Source: Nakamurella lactea (GTDB lineage: Bacteria; Actinomycetota; Actinomycetes; Mycobacteriales; Nakamurellaceae). Taken from it: a stretch of 34,466 nt of DNA. A program made the position numbers and the translations under genes. This document shows, piece after piece, positions 20,987 through 30,076 of this stretch. Where the stretch lies: contig JBIQMQ010000006.1 in NCBI GenBank assembly GCA_044463185.1, forward strand, positions 1 through 34,466, read 5' to 3'. The number at the start of each line of letters is the position of its first letter. Within the stretch, counting starts at the first letter, position 1. Below the pieces are notes generated by a model that was given only the letters and a program-made list of their open reading frames with translations, had not been told where the DNA came from and made no database searches.

Positions 20987-21850
20987 CTACGCCACCGGGC
21001 CCAGCACGGGGGTCGCGCCGCTCGACGCGGCCACGATCGCCGCGAGCTGCTCCGGCTCGGTCGTCTCCTGGCCGAGTCGCAGCGTCTTGTTCAGACCGTG
21101 ATAATCCGAGGACCCCGTCATGACCAACCCGTACCGGCGGCTGATGCGCCGCAGGTCGGCCCGCGCCGCGGCGTCATGATCCGGGTGGTCCACCTCGATG
21201 CCCGCCAGGCCGGCGTCCACGGCATCCTTGAAGAACGCGTCATCGGTGATGGCCACCGCGCCGCGGGACCGCGAATGCGCGATCACCGGCACGCCCCCGG
21301 CCTCGCGCACCAACGCGACGGCCTCCGCCAGCGGAGTGTCGGCCTTCGACACGTAGTACGGGCCGCGGGGTGACAGGTAGCTAGTGAACGCGTCGGTCAC
21401 GGAGTCGACCAGCCCCCGCGCCATCAGTGCCCTGCCGATGTGCGGCCGGCCCACCGGTGCGTCCCCCGCGATCTCCAACACCTCGTCCGCCGAGATCGGC
21501 AGGCCCGCGGCGACCATCCGCTGCACCATGGCAAGGCCCCGCTCCAGCCGATCGGATCTGAGCCGGCTGAGCTCCGCGGCGATCCCGGGCGAGGACGGGT
21601 CGAACAGGTAGGCCAGCAGATGAATGGAGAACCGCCGGCCGGCCACCACGACGTGCGTGGACAACTCGGTGCCGCGCACCAACGCCAACCCGTTCGGACG
21701 CTGCGCCTCGGCCGCAGCCCAGCCGTCGGTCGTGTCGTGGTCCACGATGCCCAACGTGGTGACGCCGGCCTCCAGGGCCAATGCCATGGCCTGAGCCGGG
21801 CTGTCGGTGCCGTCCGAGAAGTCGGTGTGCGCGTGCAGATCGATCGCCAT
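20987..21850 (-). CDS. PHP domain metal-dependent phosphoesterase (TrpH/YciV-like)
   Basis: IDLHAHTDFSDG, DHDT, GTELS, HLLAY, GRPHIG, IAH, GSSDYHG. Confidence 0.93.
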   Translation of the reverse strand: MAIDLHAHTDFSDGTDSPAQAMALALEAGVTTLGIVDHDTTDGWAAAEAQRPNGLALVRGTELSTHVVVAGRRFSIHLLAYLFDPSSPGIAAELSRLRSDRLERGLAMVQRMVAAGLPISADEVLEIAGDAPVGRPHIGRALMARGLVDSVTDAFTSYLSPRGPYYVSKADTPLAEAVALVREAGGVPVIAHSRSRGAVAITDDAFFKDAVDAGLAGIEVDHPDHDAAARADLRRISRRYGLVMTGSSDYHGLNKTLRLGQETTEPEQLAAIVAASSGATPVLGPVA

Positions 21851-21861
21851 CGGTGCCGGCG

Positions 21862-22374
21862 CTACGAGACCGGGTGGCTCATCTGCATCTGCGCGAGCAG
21901 GCTGCGCGCCTGCTCGGCGGTGCGCGGCTCACACAGCACGTCGTACCGCCGGGCCACCACCTGCGACGCCGACGTGAAGTCACGGCGGCCCTTCGTCATG
22001 CGGTAACCGACCAGCCCCATGATCGCGCCGAACACTGCGCCGACCGCGACGGTGAACACGATCAGCGCCAACAGCGATTTCGCCTCGGAGAACAGTGTCA
22101 TCACCAGGCCGAAGAACAACCCCATCCACGCCCCGGATGCGGCGCCGGCGGCGGCCAGTTTCCGAGCCGTCAGCTTGCCGGTCACCCGTTCCACCAACTG
22201 CAGGTCGGAACCGACGATCGTAACGTCCTGGACGGCGAAATCGTGCTGGCCCAGGTATTCGACGGCCGCGGCGGCCTGCGCGTAGGTCGGGTAGGCGGCG
22301 ACGGCGAATCCGGTCGGCGGGGTCGGCATGGACATTCCCGTGCCCTGGGCGCGGAAACCCAGCGGTGACGACAT
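21862..22374 (-). CDS. General stress protein 17M-like membrane protein (Rv1234-like); alternative start at 22335
   Basis: VAAYPTYAQA..AVEYL...DF.V..VTIVGSDL.LVERVTG.LT, GA.SGAW.GLF.GL, RDFTS.SQ.VA.RYDVLC. Confidence 0.85.
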   Translation of the reverse strand: MSSPLGFRAQGTGMSMPTPPTGFAVAAYPTYAQAAAAVEYLGQHDFAVQDVTIVGSDLQLVERVTGKLTARKLAAAGAASGAWMGLFFGLVMTLFSEAKSLLALIVFTVAVGAVFGAIMGLVGYRMTKGRRDFTSASQVVARRYDVLCEPRTAEQARSLLAQMQMSHPVS

Positions 22375-22553
22375 GGCGATTCGTCCTTCCGGTTCGGCAA
22401 GCGGCCTTTCCCCTCCATGGTGTCACAGCACCACGTGCCCGGTGCCACAGCCACGCTCGCTGCCGGCACCGGCCGCTCACCCGTAGGCTGAGGTGGGCGA
22501 CGGGGGTTCGTGCCCTACCCCGCACCGAGACGAAGCATTCGAGGAACAAGTCG

Positions 22554-23675
22554 ATGGCAGCCAGCGAAGAAGATGTCCGGGCCGCACTGGCCAAGGTGAA
22601 GGATCCGGAGATCCGGCGTCCGATCACCGATCTCGACATGGTGGACCGCGTCGAGGTGGAGCCGTCCGGGCTGGTGAGGCTCACCATTCTGCTGACCACC
22701 GCGGGTTGCCCGTTGAAGGACACCATCAGCAAGGACGTGACGGCGGCCGTCCGCGCCGTGGACGGCGTCACCGACGTCGAGCTGACCCTGGGCCATATGA
22801 GCGACGACCAGCGCACCGCCCTCAAGACCCGGCTGCGCGGCGGCAGCCTGATCGACATCCCGTTCGCGCACCGCGATTCCACCACGAAGGTCATCGCGGT
22901 CGCCTCCGGCAAGGGCGGCGTCGGCAAGTCCACCGTGACTGTGAACCTGGCCGCGGCGATGGCCGCCCAGGGGTACTCCGTCGGGCTGCTCGACGCCGAC
23001 GTCTACGGATTCTCGGTCCCGCGGATGATGGGCATCACCCAGCGGCCCACCCGCCTGGACGACATGATCCTGCCGCCGGTGGCGTTCGACGTGAAGGTGA
23101 TCTCCGTCGGCATGTTCGTGCAGAACAACGCGGCGGTGGTGTGGCGCGGGCCGATGCTGCACCGCGCTCTGGAACAGTTCCTGGGCGAGGTGTTCTGGGG
23201 CGACCTCGACGTGCTGCTGCTGGACCTGCCGCCCGGCACCGGCGACATCGCCATCTCGTCGGCTCAACTGGTGCCGTCGACGGAGCTGGTCGTGGTGACC
23301 ACGCCGCAGACCGCGGCCCACGAGGTCGCGGAACGCGCCGGGTCGATCGCCATCCAGACCCGGCAGAAGGTGCTCGGCGTGGTGGAGAACATGTCGCCGA
23401 TGACGCTGCCGGACGGCACGGTGCTGGAGATGTTCGGCTCCGGCGGGGGCGAGCAGCTCGCCGAGACGCTGACCCAGCAGACCGGAACGTCGGTGCCGCT
23501 GCTCGGCCAGGTGCCGCTGGACGTAGCGGTGCGGCAGGCCGGCGATGACGGAACGCCGCTGGTGCTCGCGCAGCCGGACTCCCCCGCAGGCCGGGTGCTG
23601 CGCGATATTGCGGCGAAGCTGGCCGGAAAGCCTCTGCCGCTGGCCGGCAGGCGCATACCGCTATCGGTCGCGTGA
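22554..23675 (+). CDS. mrp: Mrp/NBP35 (ApbC) Fe-S cluster carrier ATPase with N-terminal DUF59
   Basis: DPEIRRPITDLDMV, LTTAGCP, ASGKGGVGKS, DADVYG, VWRGPM, DLPPGTGD, VTTPQ, GVVENMS; SD GAGG. Confidence 0.95.
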   Translation: MAASEEDVRAALAKVKDPEIRRPITDLDMVDRVEVEPSGLVRLTILLTTAGCPLKDTISKDVTAAVRAVDGVTDVELTLGHMSDDQRTALKTRLRGGSLIDIPFAHRDSTTKVIAVASGKGGVGKSTVTVNLAAAMAAQGYSVGLLDADVYGFSVPRMMGITQRPTRLDDMILPPVAFDVKVISVGMFVQNNAAVVWRGPMLHRALEQFLGEVFWGDLDVLLLDLPPGTGDIAISSAQLVPSTELVVVTTPQTAAHEVAERAGSIAIQTRQKVLGVVENMSPMTLPDGTVLEMFGSGGGEQLAETLTQQTGTSVPLLGQVPLDVAVRQAGDDGTPLVLAQPDSPAGRVLRDIAAKLAGKPLPLAGRRIPLSVA

Positions 23676-23696
23676 CCCGTGCTGTCGGTCGCGTAA
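23660..23696 (+). repeat. 21-bp-period duplication of the mrp 3' end including the stop codon
   Basis: GCTATCGGTCGCGTGA (23660-23675) vs GCTGTCGGTCGCGTAA (23681-23696); both encode LSVA*. Confidence 0.75.
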
Positions 23697-23699
23697 TCA

Positions 23700-23732
23700 G
23701 TTAGGTGACGTCGCTCCGTTAGGTGACGTCGC
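23700..23732 (-). repeat. 18-bp-period duplication of the tatB 3' end including the stop codon
   Basis: Exact GTTAGGTGACGTCGC at 23700-23714 and 23718-23732; both encode DVT* on the minus strand. Confidence 0.85.
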
Positions 23733-24222
23733 CCCACTGCCCGGCGGGAGTCGATGAGGGCGACGGTGCCGCGGCCTCGGCTCTGGCCGGGTCGGACGGA
23801 GGCGGCACGGTCGGGGTTTCTGGCGTCGCGGCAACGGCCGGCGGAGTCTCGGCCGCTGCAGAACTCGCAGCCGCGGCCGAATCGGGCCCTTCGCCGTTCA
23901 GCCCCAGGAAGCCGCTGATGCCGCCGGAGAACTCGCTGCCCAACAGGTTCTTGCCGACCATCCGTCGCGGGTCCAGTTCGCGCAGCTGCCGGAGCTCTTG
24001 AATTTCCTTGAGCGACTGCAGCTCGGCGATCTGCCGCCGCAGCTCGTCCAGTTCCGGCCCGAGTTGCGACCGCATCTCGGACTGCGCTCCTGCGGCGAAC
24101 GACCGCACCTTGCGCAGCGAGTCCATCAGCCACTTGATCGCGGTGGGGATGCGCTCCGGGCCCAGCAGGAACAACGCCGCGAGAAGGATCAGGATGATCT
24201 GATCCCAGGACAGACCGAACAA
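23719..24222 (-). CDS. tatB: Sec-independent protein translocase subunit TatB
   Basis: MFGLSW.QI..I...ALFLLGPERIP, amphipathic helix, LGPELDELR; TTG start with SD GAGGAGG; follows htrA. Confidence 0.92.
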   Translation of the reverse strand: MFGLSWDQIILILLAALFLLGPERIPTAIKWLMDSLRKVRSFAAGAQSEMRSQLGPELDELRRQIAELQSLKEIQELRQLRELDPRRMVGKNLLGSEFSGGISGFLGLNGEGPDSAAAASSAAAETPPAVAATPETPTVPPPSDPARAEAAAPSPSSTPAGQWGDVT

Positions 24223-24279
24223 CGGCTGCCTCCTCGCGTCCGGTGCCGATGGCCGACCCCAGCCTACCGGCGGGAGGCG

Positions 24280-25704
24280 CTATTCAGCGGCCAGGGTGAC
24301 CTCGACGGTCATGCGTTTGCCGTCCCGCATCACGGTGACCGGAACGGTGTCCCCGACGACATGGTGTCTGATCGCCACGACCATCTCGTCGGCGCTGCGC
24401 ACCGTGCGGGACCCGATCGCGACGATCACGTCGGCCTCCGCGATACCCGCACGAGCCGCCGGTCCGCCGTCGGCGACGTTCTGCACCTGTGCCCCGTCCA
24501 CCACGCCGTCGGTGGCGGACCGGGCGTTCACGCCGATCGTCGGGTGGGTCACCGTGCCGTGCGCGATCAATACGTCGGCCACCGACCGCGCATCGTTGAT
24601 CGGCATCGCGAAGCCCAGACCGATCGACCCGCCGGACGCAGGGTCGCTGGCGAGCGTCCGGATCGCGGTGTTGATACCCACCACCGCCCCGCCGGCGTCG
24701 ATCAGCGGACCACCGGAGTTGCCGGGGTTCACGGCCGCGTCGGTCTGGATGGCGTCGATCACCGCATCGTCGTCGGTGCCGGCCGCGCCCAACCGCACCG
24801 GCCGGTGCAGCGCCGAGACGATCCCGGAGGTGACCGTGCCACTCAGACCCAGCGGCGAGCCCACGGCAATCACGCTGTCCCCCACCAGCAAGGATTCCGA
24901 GTCGCCCAAATCGGCGACGGTCAGGCCCTGCACTCCGTCGACCTTGACCACGGCGAGGTCGGTGGCCGGATCGCTGCCGGCCACCCGGCCGGGGTGCCGG
25001 GTACCGTCGTTGAACACGACCGTCAGTCCGGCGGTCGCGTCGGCGGCCAGCGTGACCACGTGGTGGTTCGTGAGGATGTAGCCGTTGGCGTCGACCACGA
25101 TGCCAGAGCCGGTTTCGCCGCCAGCCCCGATGCGCACCTCGATGGACACCACGGCGGGCAGCACCCGCGACGCGATCTCCGCGACCGAGCCGGGCGCCCG
25201 TGACACGGCCAGCTGCGCGGTCGCCAGCGTCGCCGACGGGTCCGCCGTGTGCACCACCGTGCGCGACCCCAGCAGCACGCCCGCCACTGCCCCGCCCGCG
25301 CCGATGACCAGCGCGATCAGCGTCATCGCGACGAGAGAACCGATCGTGAGGCGCCGCTGGAACAGGGCTTCGCGCAACGTGAACCGCTCGTTGGGCCGTT
25401 GCTGCACCACCGGCGGGGGTTCGGCGTCGAGAGCCGGCTGGCCGAGCACCGCGTCCGCCGCCGGATCGCGCCAGGGACTGTGCGGCTCCCGGGCGGAGAG
25501 CACCTCGGGTACGCCGGGCGGACGCTGCAGCGACTCGGTCCCGCCCGTCGGCCTGCCGAACGCCTCCGCGACTTCGGGAGGAACCGCCGGACGCCCCGCT
25601 GCCGGCCCTACCGGCCCTGCGGTTTCCTCGGCTCCCGCGATGCCGGCAGGGCCACCGGTATCGACAGCAGGGACGCCATCAGCGTCGTCGGGATCGAGGG
25701 GCAC
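24280..25704 (-). CDS. htrA: HtrA/DegP-like serine protease with TM anchor and PDZ domain (start uncertain)
   Basis: Catalytic triad in TNHHV, DLAVV and GNSGG; IQTDAAVN; C-terminal PDZ; sigE-rseA-htrA-tatB synteny. Confidence 0.93.
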   Translation of the reverse strand: MPLDPDDADGVPAVDTGGPAGIAGAEETAGPVGPAAGRPAVPPEVAEAFGRPTGGTESLQRPPGVPEVLSAREPHSPWRDPAADAVLGQPALDAEPPPVVQQRPNERFTLREALFQRRLTIGSLVAMTLIALVIGAGGAVAGVLLGSRTVVHTADPSATLATAQLAVSRAPGSVAEIASRVLPAVVSIEVRIGAGGETGSGIVVDANGYILTNHHVVTLAADATAGLTVVFNDGTRHPGRVAGSDPATDLAVVKVDGVQGLTVADLGDSESLLVGDSVIAVGSPLGLSGTVTSGIVSALHRPVRLGAAGTDDDAVIDAIQTDAAVNPGNSGGPLIDAGGAVVGINTAIRTLASDPASGGSIGLGFAMPINDARSVADVLIAHGTVTHPTIGVNARSATDGVVDGAQVQNVADGGPAARAGIAEADVIVAIGSRTVRSADEMVVAIRHHVVGDTVPVTVMRDGKRMTVEVTLAAE

Positions 25705-25898
25705 GGTGCCGAGCGTAGCTGCCGGCGCGCCGTTTCCTGCTCGTCGACCTCACGCGCACAGTCGGGGCATCGGGCGACATGCGCGGCGGCGCGGCTGAAC
25801 GCGGTCAGACCCAGCTCACCGTCCGAGAACGCTACGACGGCGTCCAAGCCCAGATGATCAGCGAACAGCTGCGAGGACAGTGGTGAGGGCAGCGTCAT
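25608..25898 (-). CDS. rseA: Zinc-binding anti-sigma factor (ZAS), RseA-like
   Basis: HL..DAVVAF.DGEL...A..RAAAHVARCPDC (HxxxCxxC)...Q..AR..LR; directly downstream of sigE. Confidence 0.88.
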   Translation of the reverse strand: MTLPSPLSSQLFADHLGLDAVVAFSDGELGLTAFSRAAAHVARCPDCAREVDEQETARRQLRSAPCPSIPTTLMASLLSIPVALPASREPRKPQGR

Positions 25899-25903
25899 CC
25901 CAC

Positions 25904-26458
25904 TCACACCCACTCACCCGCCGCGGCACGCGCCGCGCGTCGAGCGTCGAAGGCGACCCGTAGATGACGCCGCCCTCGGTGAATCCGCGACCGGACAGTA
26001 CCGACCTTCACGCCGAGAACCTCGCTGATCTCGTCGTACGTCAAGCCCTCCACATCGCACAGCACCACCGCGGCGCGGAACTCCGGAGCAAGATCGTCCA
26101 GTGCCGCCTGCAGGTCGGGGTCGAGCTCCGCGTCCTGCAGGGTCTGTTCCGGTGTCGGCTCGTTCGAGGCGGTCTGCGCCGCGTCCTCACCGATCGGGTT
26201 GATGCGCACCCGCGATCGGCGGCGCACCATGTCGAGGAACACGTTGGTCGTGATCCGGTGCAGCCAGCCGGTGAACGAACCCGGTTCGTAGCGGTCCAGG
26301 GACTTGAACACGCGGATGAACACTTCCTGCGTGATGTCCTCTGCATCGTGCTTGTTGCCCGACAGGCGGAACGCGAGCTTGTACACGCGATCGCCATAGG
26401 TACGGACGATCTCGTCCCAGCTCATCGCGCTCGCGGCATGACTGGTGTCCGGGTGCAT
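25904..26458 (-). CDS. sigE: ECF RNA polymerase sigma factor SigE
   Basis: [66 protein letters not shown]. Confidence 0.94.
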   Translation of the reverse strand: MHPDTSHAASAMSWDEIVRTYGDRVYKLAFRLSGNKHDAEDITQEVFIRVFKSLDRYEPGSFTGWLHRITTNVFLDMVRRRSRVRINPIGEDAAQTASNEPTPEQTLQDAELDPDLQAALDDLAPEFRAAVVLCDVEGLTYDEISEVLGVKVGTVRSRIHRGRRHLRVAFDARRAARAAAGEWV

Positions 26459-26487
26459 GCGGTGCCCTTCCGTCGCTTGACTACTGT

Positions 26488-26513
26488 AACGATCGGCGGG
26501 CCGCCGATGTTCC
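26488..26513 (-). promoter_or_regulatory. SigE/SigH-type ECF promoter upstream of sigE
   Basis: The minus strand reads GGAAC-N17-CGTT, matching the GGAAC/GTT consensus of mycobacterial SigE/SigH and Streptomyces SigR; the -10 ends about 30 nt upstream of the sigE ATG. Confidence 0.75.
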
Positions 26514-26597
26514 CGAAACTGTGGCCGAAATGTGGCGGCGCCGGTTGCCGCGTGGATGTCCACGAATGCCGAGCCGGCACCGGGTAACGTCACCGGC

Positions 26598-27221
26598 GTG
26601 AGTACTTCCCACCCGTACGCCGAACTGTTCATCAGCGAGAACGACCACGCCGCTGCGGCACGCGACCGCGCCGCCGACATGGGGTGCGACCCGGTGAGCG
26701 TCGGAGCCGGCGCGATGCTGGCCTTCCTTGCGGCCAGCGTCGCCGCGAGAAGCGTCGTGGAGATCGGTACCGGCACCGGCGTCTCCGGGCTGCACCTGTT
26801 CGACGGCATGGCCCCCGGAGGCATCCTCACCTCGATCGACATCGAATCCGAATACCAGCGTGTCGCGAAGCAGTCGTTCGCCGACGCGGGAATAGCATCC
26901 ACACGCGCGCGACTCATCAACGGCCGCGCGTTGGACGTGCTGCCGCGGCTCACCGACGGAGGCTACGACCTGGCGCTGATCGACGGGGCGCCCAACGAGT
27001 ACCCGGAGTATCTGCCCGAGGCGCTGCGTCTGCTGCGTACCGGTGGCATCGTGGTGCTCGCACACGCGCTGCACGACGGCGCCGTCACCGATCCGACGCA
27101 ACGCGACCCGGAGACGCGGGCCGTCCGCGACGCCGGGCGGGCGATCCGGGAGGACGAGTCGCTCACCGCCGTCCTGATCCCGCTCGGCGACGGGCTGATC
27201 GCCGCGGTGAAACGCAGCTAG
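26598..27221 (+). CDS. O-methyltransferase (Rv1220c-like), probably leaderless
   Basis: [43 protein letters not shown]; TAACGT 7 nt before GTG. Confidence 0.9.
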   Translation: MSTSHPYAELFISENDHAAAARDRAADMGCDPVSVGAGAMLAFLAASVAARSVVEIGTGTGVSGLHLFDGMAPGGILTSIDIESEYQRVAKQSFADAGIASTRARLINGRALDVLPRLTDGGYDLALIDGAPNEYPEYLPEALRLLRTGGIVVLAHALHDGAVTDPTQRDPETRAVRDAGRAIREDESLTAVLIPLGDGLIAAVKRS

Positions 27222-27240
27222 TCCAGCCGCTCCGCGGCGG

Positions 27241-27288
27241 GCTGCGTCATACTCGCAGGTCAGAGCTACGTGATACTCGCAGCTTACA
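27241..27288. repeat. Imperfect 24-bp tandem repeat between convergent genes
   Basis: GCTGCGTCATACTCGCAG (27241-27258) vs GCTACGTGATACTCGCAG (27265-27282), 16/18 identical. Confidence 0.7.
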
Positions 27289-27329
27289 CGCGCGGCGACA
27301 CCCGGGACGCGCGGTCTTCCACCTGGGGC

Positions 27330-28553
27330 TCACACCTCGACGGTGACGCCCTTGCCGACCACGGTGATGCCCGACTCGGTGACGTTGAATCGCGCCCCGT
27401 CGATCTCCGGATCCACGCCGATCCGGGCTCCGGGCGGCACGACGACGTGCTTGTCCAGGATCGCGTTGCGCACCACGGCGCCGCTACCGATGTCGGTCCC
27501 GGCCATCACCACCGATCCGCTGACCGACGCCCCGGAGTGGATGCGCACATTGCTGGCGATCACGGACCGCTCCACGTTGCAGCCGGACAGGATGCTGCCC
27601 GCGCCGATCATGGACTCCCGCGCGGAGCCGTTCTGCACGAACTTGGCCGGCGGCAGCGGCGGCAGTTGGGTGTGGATCGGCCATTCCGAGTTGTACAGGT
27701 TGAAGATCGGGTGCACCGAGATCAAATCCATGTGCGCGTCGTAGTACGAGTCGATGGTGCCCACGTCGCGCCAATACCCGCGGTCCCGATCGGTGGCTCC
27801 GGGCACCTTGTTGCGGTCGAAGTCGTAGACGTTGGCGGTGCCCTTCTCGACGAACATGGGGATGATCGAGCCGCCCATGTCGTGCACTGACGAGGTATCG
27901 GCGGCGTCTGCGCGCAGCGCGTCGACCAGCGCGGACGTGGTGAACACGTAGTTGCCCATCGACGCGTAGGCGACATCCGGGTTGTCCGGCACGGCCGGCG
28001 GGTCGCCGGGCTTCTCCAGGAAGCCGGCGATGCGGTGGCCATCGGCGGCCGTCTGGATCACGCCGAACGCGGTCGCCTCGGCCCGCGGGACCCGGATGCC
28101 GGCGACCGTCGCTTCCGCGCCGGACTCGATGTGGTCGGCGATCATCTGCGCCGGATCCATCCGGTAGACGTGGTCGGCGCCGAACACCACGAGGTAGTCC
28201 GGGTTCTCGTCGTTCACCAGGTTCAGCGACTGGTAGATGGCGTCGGCGCTGCCGGTGTACCAGCGCGGGCCGAGCCGCTGCTGGGCCGGCACCGGAGTGA
28301 CGTAGTTGCCGAGCATGGTGCTCATCCGCCAGGTGGTGGAGATGTGCTTGTCCAGTGAGTGCGACTTGTACTGCGTCAGCACGCAGATCTTGAGCAGGTC
28401 GGCGTTCACCAGGTTCGACAGCACGAAGTCGATCAGCCGGAAATTACCCCCGAACGGCACCGCGGGCTTGGCCCTATCGGCCGTCAGCGGCCACAGCCGC
28501 TTCCCCTCGCCGCCAGCGAGCACGATGCCCAGAATCTTCGCTCTACCCACCAT
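27330..28553 (-). CDS. glgC: Glucose-1-phosphate adenylyltransferase
   Basis: [60 protein letters not shown]. Confidence 0.98.
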   Translation of the reverse strand: MVGRAKILGIVLAGGEGKRLWPLTADRAKPAVPFGGNFRLIDFVLSNLVNADLLKICVLTQYKSHSLDKHISTTWRMSTMLGNYVTPVPAQQRLGPRWYTGSADAIYQSLNLVNDENPDYLVVFGADHVYRMDPAQMIADHIESGAEATVAGIRVPRAEATAFGVIQTAADGHRIAGFLEKPGDPPAVPDNPDVAYASMGNYVFTTSALVDALRADAADTSSVHDMGGSIIPMFVEKGTANVYDFDRNKVPGATDRDRGYWRDVGTIDSYYDAHMDLISVHPIFNLYNSEWPIHTQLPPLPPAKFVQNGSARESMIGAGSILSGCNVERSVIASNVRIHSGASVSGSVVMAGTDIGSGAVVRNAILDKHVVVPPGARIGVDPEIDGARFNVTESGITVVGKGVTVEV

Positions 28554-28633
28554 ATGCTGACCCTAGTGCCCGGTGCGCCCGGCCGCGGTACGCGGTCGTC
28601 ACGTGTGTCGCTGGGGCCGATACGCTCGGGCCC

Positions 28634-29800
28634 ATGCGCACCGCGATCCTCACCCGAGAGTTCCCGCCCGACGTCTACGGCGGGGCCGGTGTGCACGTCG
28701 AGTACCTCGTGCGGGAGCTGCGGCGACTGATCGACGTCGAGGTGCACGCGTTCGGCGCCGACAAGCCGGGCGCGGCGGGCCACGAGCCGATCCCCGCTCT
28801 GGCCGAGGTCAATGCCACGCTGGGGACGTTGGGCGTCGATTTGGATATGGCGGCAGCGCTCGCCCGCGACGGCGGCCCGTCGGTGGACCTGGTGCATTCG
28901 CACACCTGGTACGCGAACATGGCCGGGCATTGGGCGAAACTGCTGTACGGCATTCCGCACGTGGTCACGGCCCACTCGTTGGAACCCCGCCGGCCGTGGA
29001 AGGCCGAGCAGCTCGGCGGCGGCTACCGCCTGTCGTCCTGGGCGGAGCGGACGGCGCTTCTTGCCGCCGATGCCATAATCGGTGTCTCGGACGGGATGGC
29101 CGCCGACATCCTGGCCTGCTACCCCGACCTGGATCCCGCCCGGGTCCACGTGATCCGTAATGGAATCGACACCGAGGTGTATCGGCCGGTCGACCAGCGC
29201 ACCATGCTGACCGCCGCCGGGGTGGATCTTGAGGCACCGATCGTCGCCTTCGTCGGTCGCATCACCCGGCAGAAGGGCCTGAAGCATCTGATCGCCGCCG
29301 CGCATCACTTCGACCCGGGGGTGCAACTGGTGCTGTGCGCCGGCGCCCCCGACACTCCGGAGATCGCCGCGGAGACGGCAGCTGCCGTGGCGGCGCTGCA
29401 GCGGGCCCGTCCGGGCGTGTTCTGGCTGGATCACACGCTCAGCCGCGACGACATCGTGCAGGTGCTGTCGGCCGCCACGGTGTTCTGCTGCCCGAGCGTG
29501 TACGAGCCGCTGGGCATCGTCAACCTGGAGGCGATGGCCTGCGAAACCGCCGTCGTCGCATCCGATGTCGGCGGTATTCCCGAAGTGGTGGCGGATGGGG
29601 CCACCGGGCTGCTGGTGCACTACGACGAGGCGGACACCGCGGGCTTCGAGGGGGCGCTGGCCGATGCGGTGAACAGCCTCGCCGGCGATGCGGAGCGGGC
29701 ACGTCGATTCGGGCTGGCCGGCCGCAGCCGTGCCACGAGCGAATTCTCCTGGGTGGCGATCGCCGAGCGGACAGTCCGGCTGTACCGTTCGCTGCTGTAG
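28634..29800 (+). CDS. glgA: GT4 glycosyltransferase, actinobacterial GlgA/GlgM (alpha-maltose-1-phosphate synthase type)
   Basis: TREFPPDVYGGAGVHV, HSHTWYAN, TAHSLEP.RPWKAEQLGGGY, VGRITRQKG, PSVYEPLGIVNLEAMAC; divergent from glgC. Confidence 0.95.
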   Translation: MRTAILTREFPPDVYGGAGVHVEYLVRELRRLIDVEVHAFGADKPGAAGHEPIPALAEVNATLGTLGVDLDMAAALARDGGPSVDLVHSHTWYANMAGHWAKLLYGIPHVVTAHSLEPRRPWKAEQLGGGYRLSSWAERTALLAADAIIGVSDGMAADILACYPDLDPARVHVIRNGIDTEVYRPVDQRTMLTAAGVDLEAPIVAFVGRITRQKGLKHLIAAAHHFDPGVQLVLCAGAPDTPEIAAETAAAVAALQRARPGVFWLDHTLSRDDIVQVLSAATVFCCPSVYEPLGIVNLEAMACETAVVASDVGGIPEVVADGATGLLVHYDEADTAGFEGALADAVNSLAGDAERARRFGLAGRSRATSEFSWVAIAERTVRLYRSLL

Positions 29801-29837
29801 CGCGGGCCGTACCGTTCGCTGCTGTAGCGCGGGCCGT
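29782..29837 (+). repeat. Perfect 27-bp tandem duplication spanning the glgA stop codon
   Basis: GTACCGTTCGCTGCTGTAGCGCGGGCC at 29782-29808 and 29809-29835. Confidence 0.92.
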
Positions 29838-29908
29838 GGCGGGCCTGGAAGACGGCTCCGCCCGGGTAGGCGTGCCGTGTGACACGCCGCCCGGGCGGAC
29901 ATAGAAAG

Positions 29909-30076
29909 CTAGCTGACGACAGCCTTCAGTGCGTCGCCGAGCGCCGCCGCCTCGTCCGCGGTGATCTCCACGACGAGCCGGCCGCCACCCTCGAGCGGCA
30001 CACGCATGACGATGCCGCGCCCCTCCTTGGTCACCTCGAGTGGACCATCTCCCGTTCGGGGCTTCATGGCCGCCAT
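29909..30076 (-). CDS. DUF3117 small protein (Rv1211-like, 55 aa)
   Basis: Not in the ORF track. Manual translation MAAMKPRTGDGPLEVTKEGRGIVMRVPLEGGGRLVVEITADEAAALGDALKAVVS; SD GGAGGGAG. Confidence 0.95.
   Translation of the reverse strand: MAAMKPRTGDGPLEVTKEGRGIVMRVPLEGGGRLVVEITADEAAALGDALKAVVS

Noticed and set aside
22422-22451. GTCACAGC / GCCACAGC 22 bp apart, resembling an MtrA-type direct repeat
   Set aside because: Short, degenerate and without an adjacent half-site at 11 bp; cannot be distinguished from chance.
23660-29837. Short direct repeats as a CRISPR remnant or as att/target-site duplications
   Set aside because: Only two adjacent units each, unrelated sequences between loci, no spacers, and no cas, integrase or transposase gene in the window.
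29869-29888. Hairpin GGCGTGCC-GTGT-GACACGCC between glgA and DUF3117 as a terminator
   Set aside because: Plausible structure, but no U-tract on either strand; not enough support to call.
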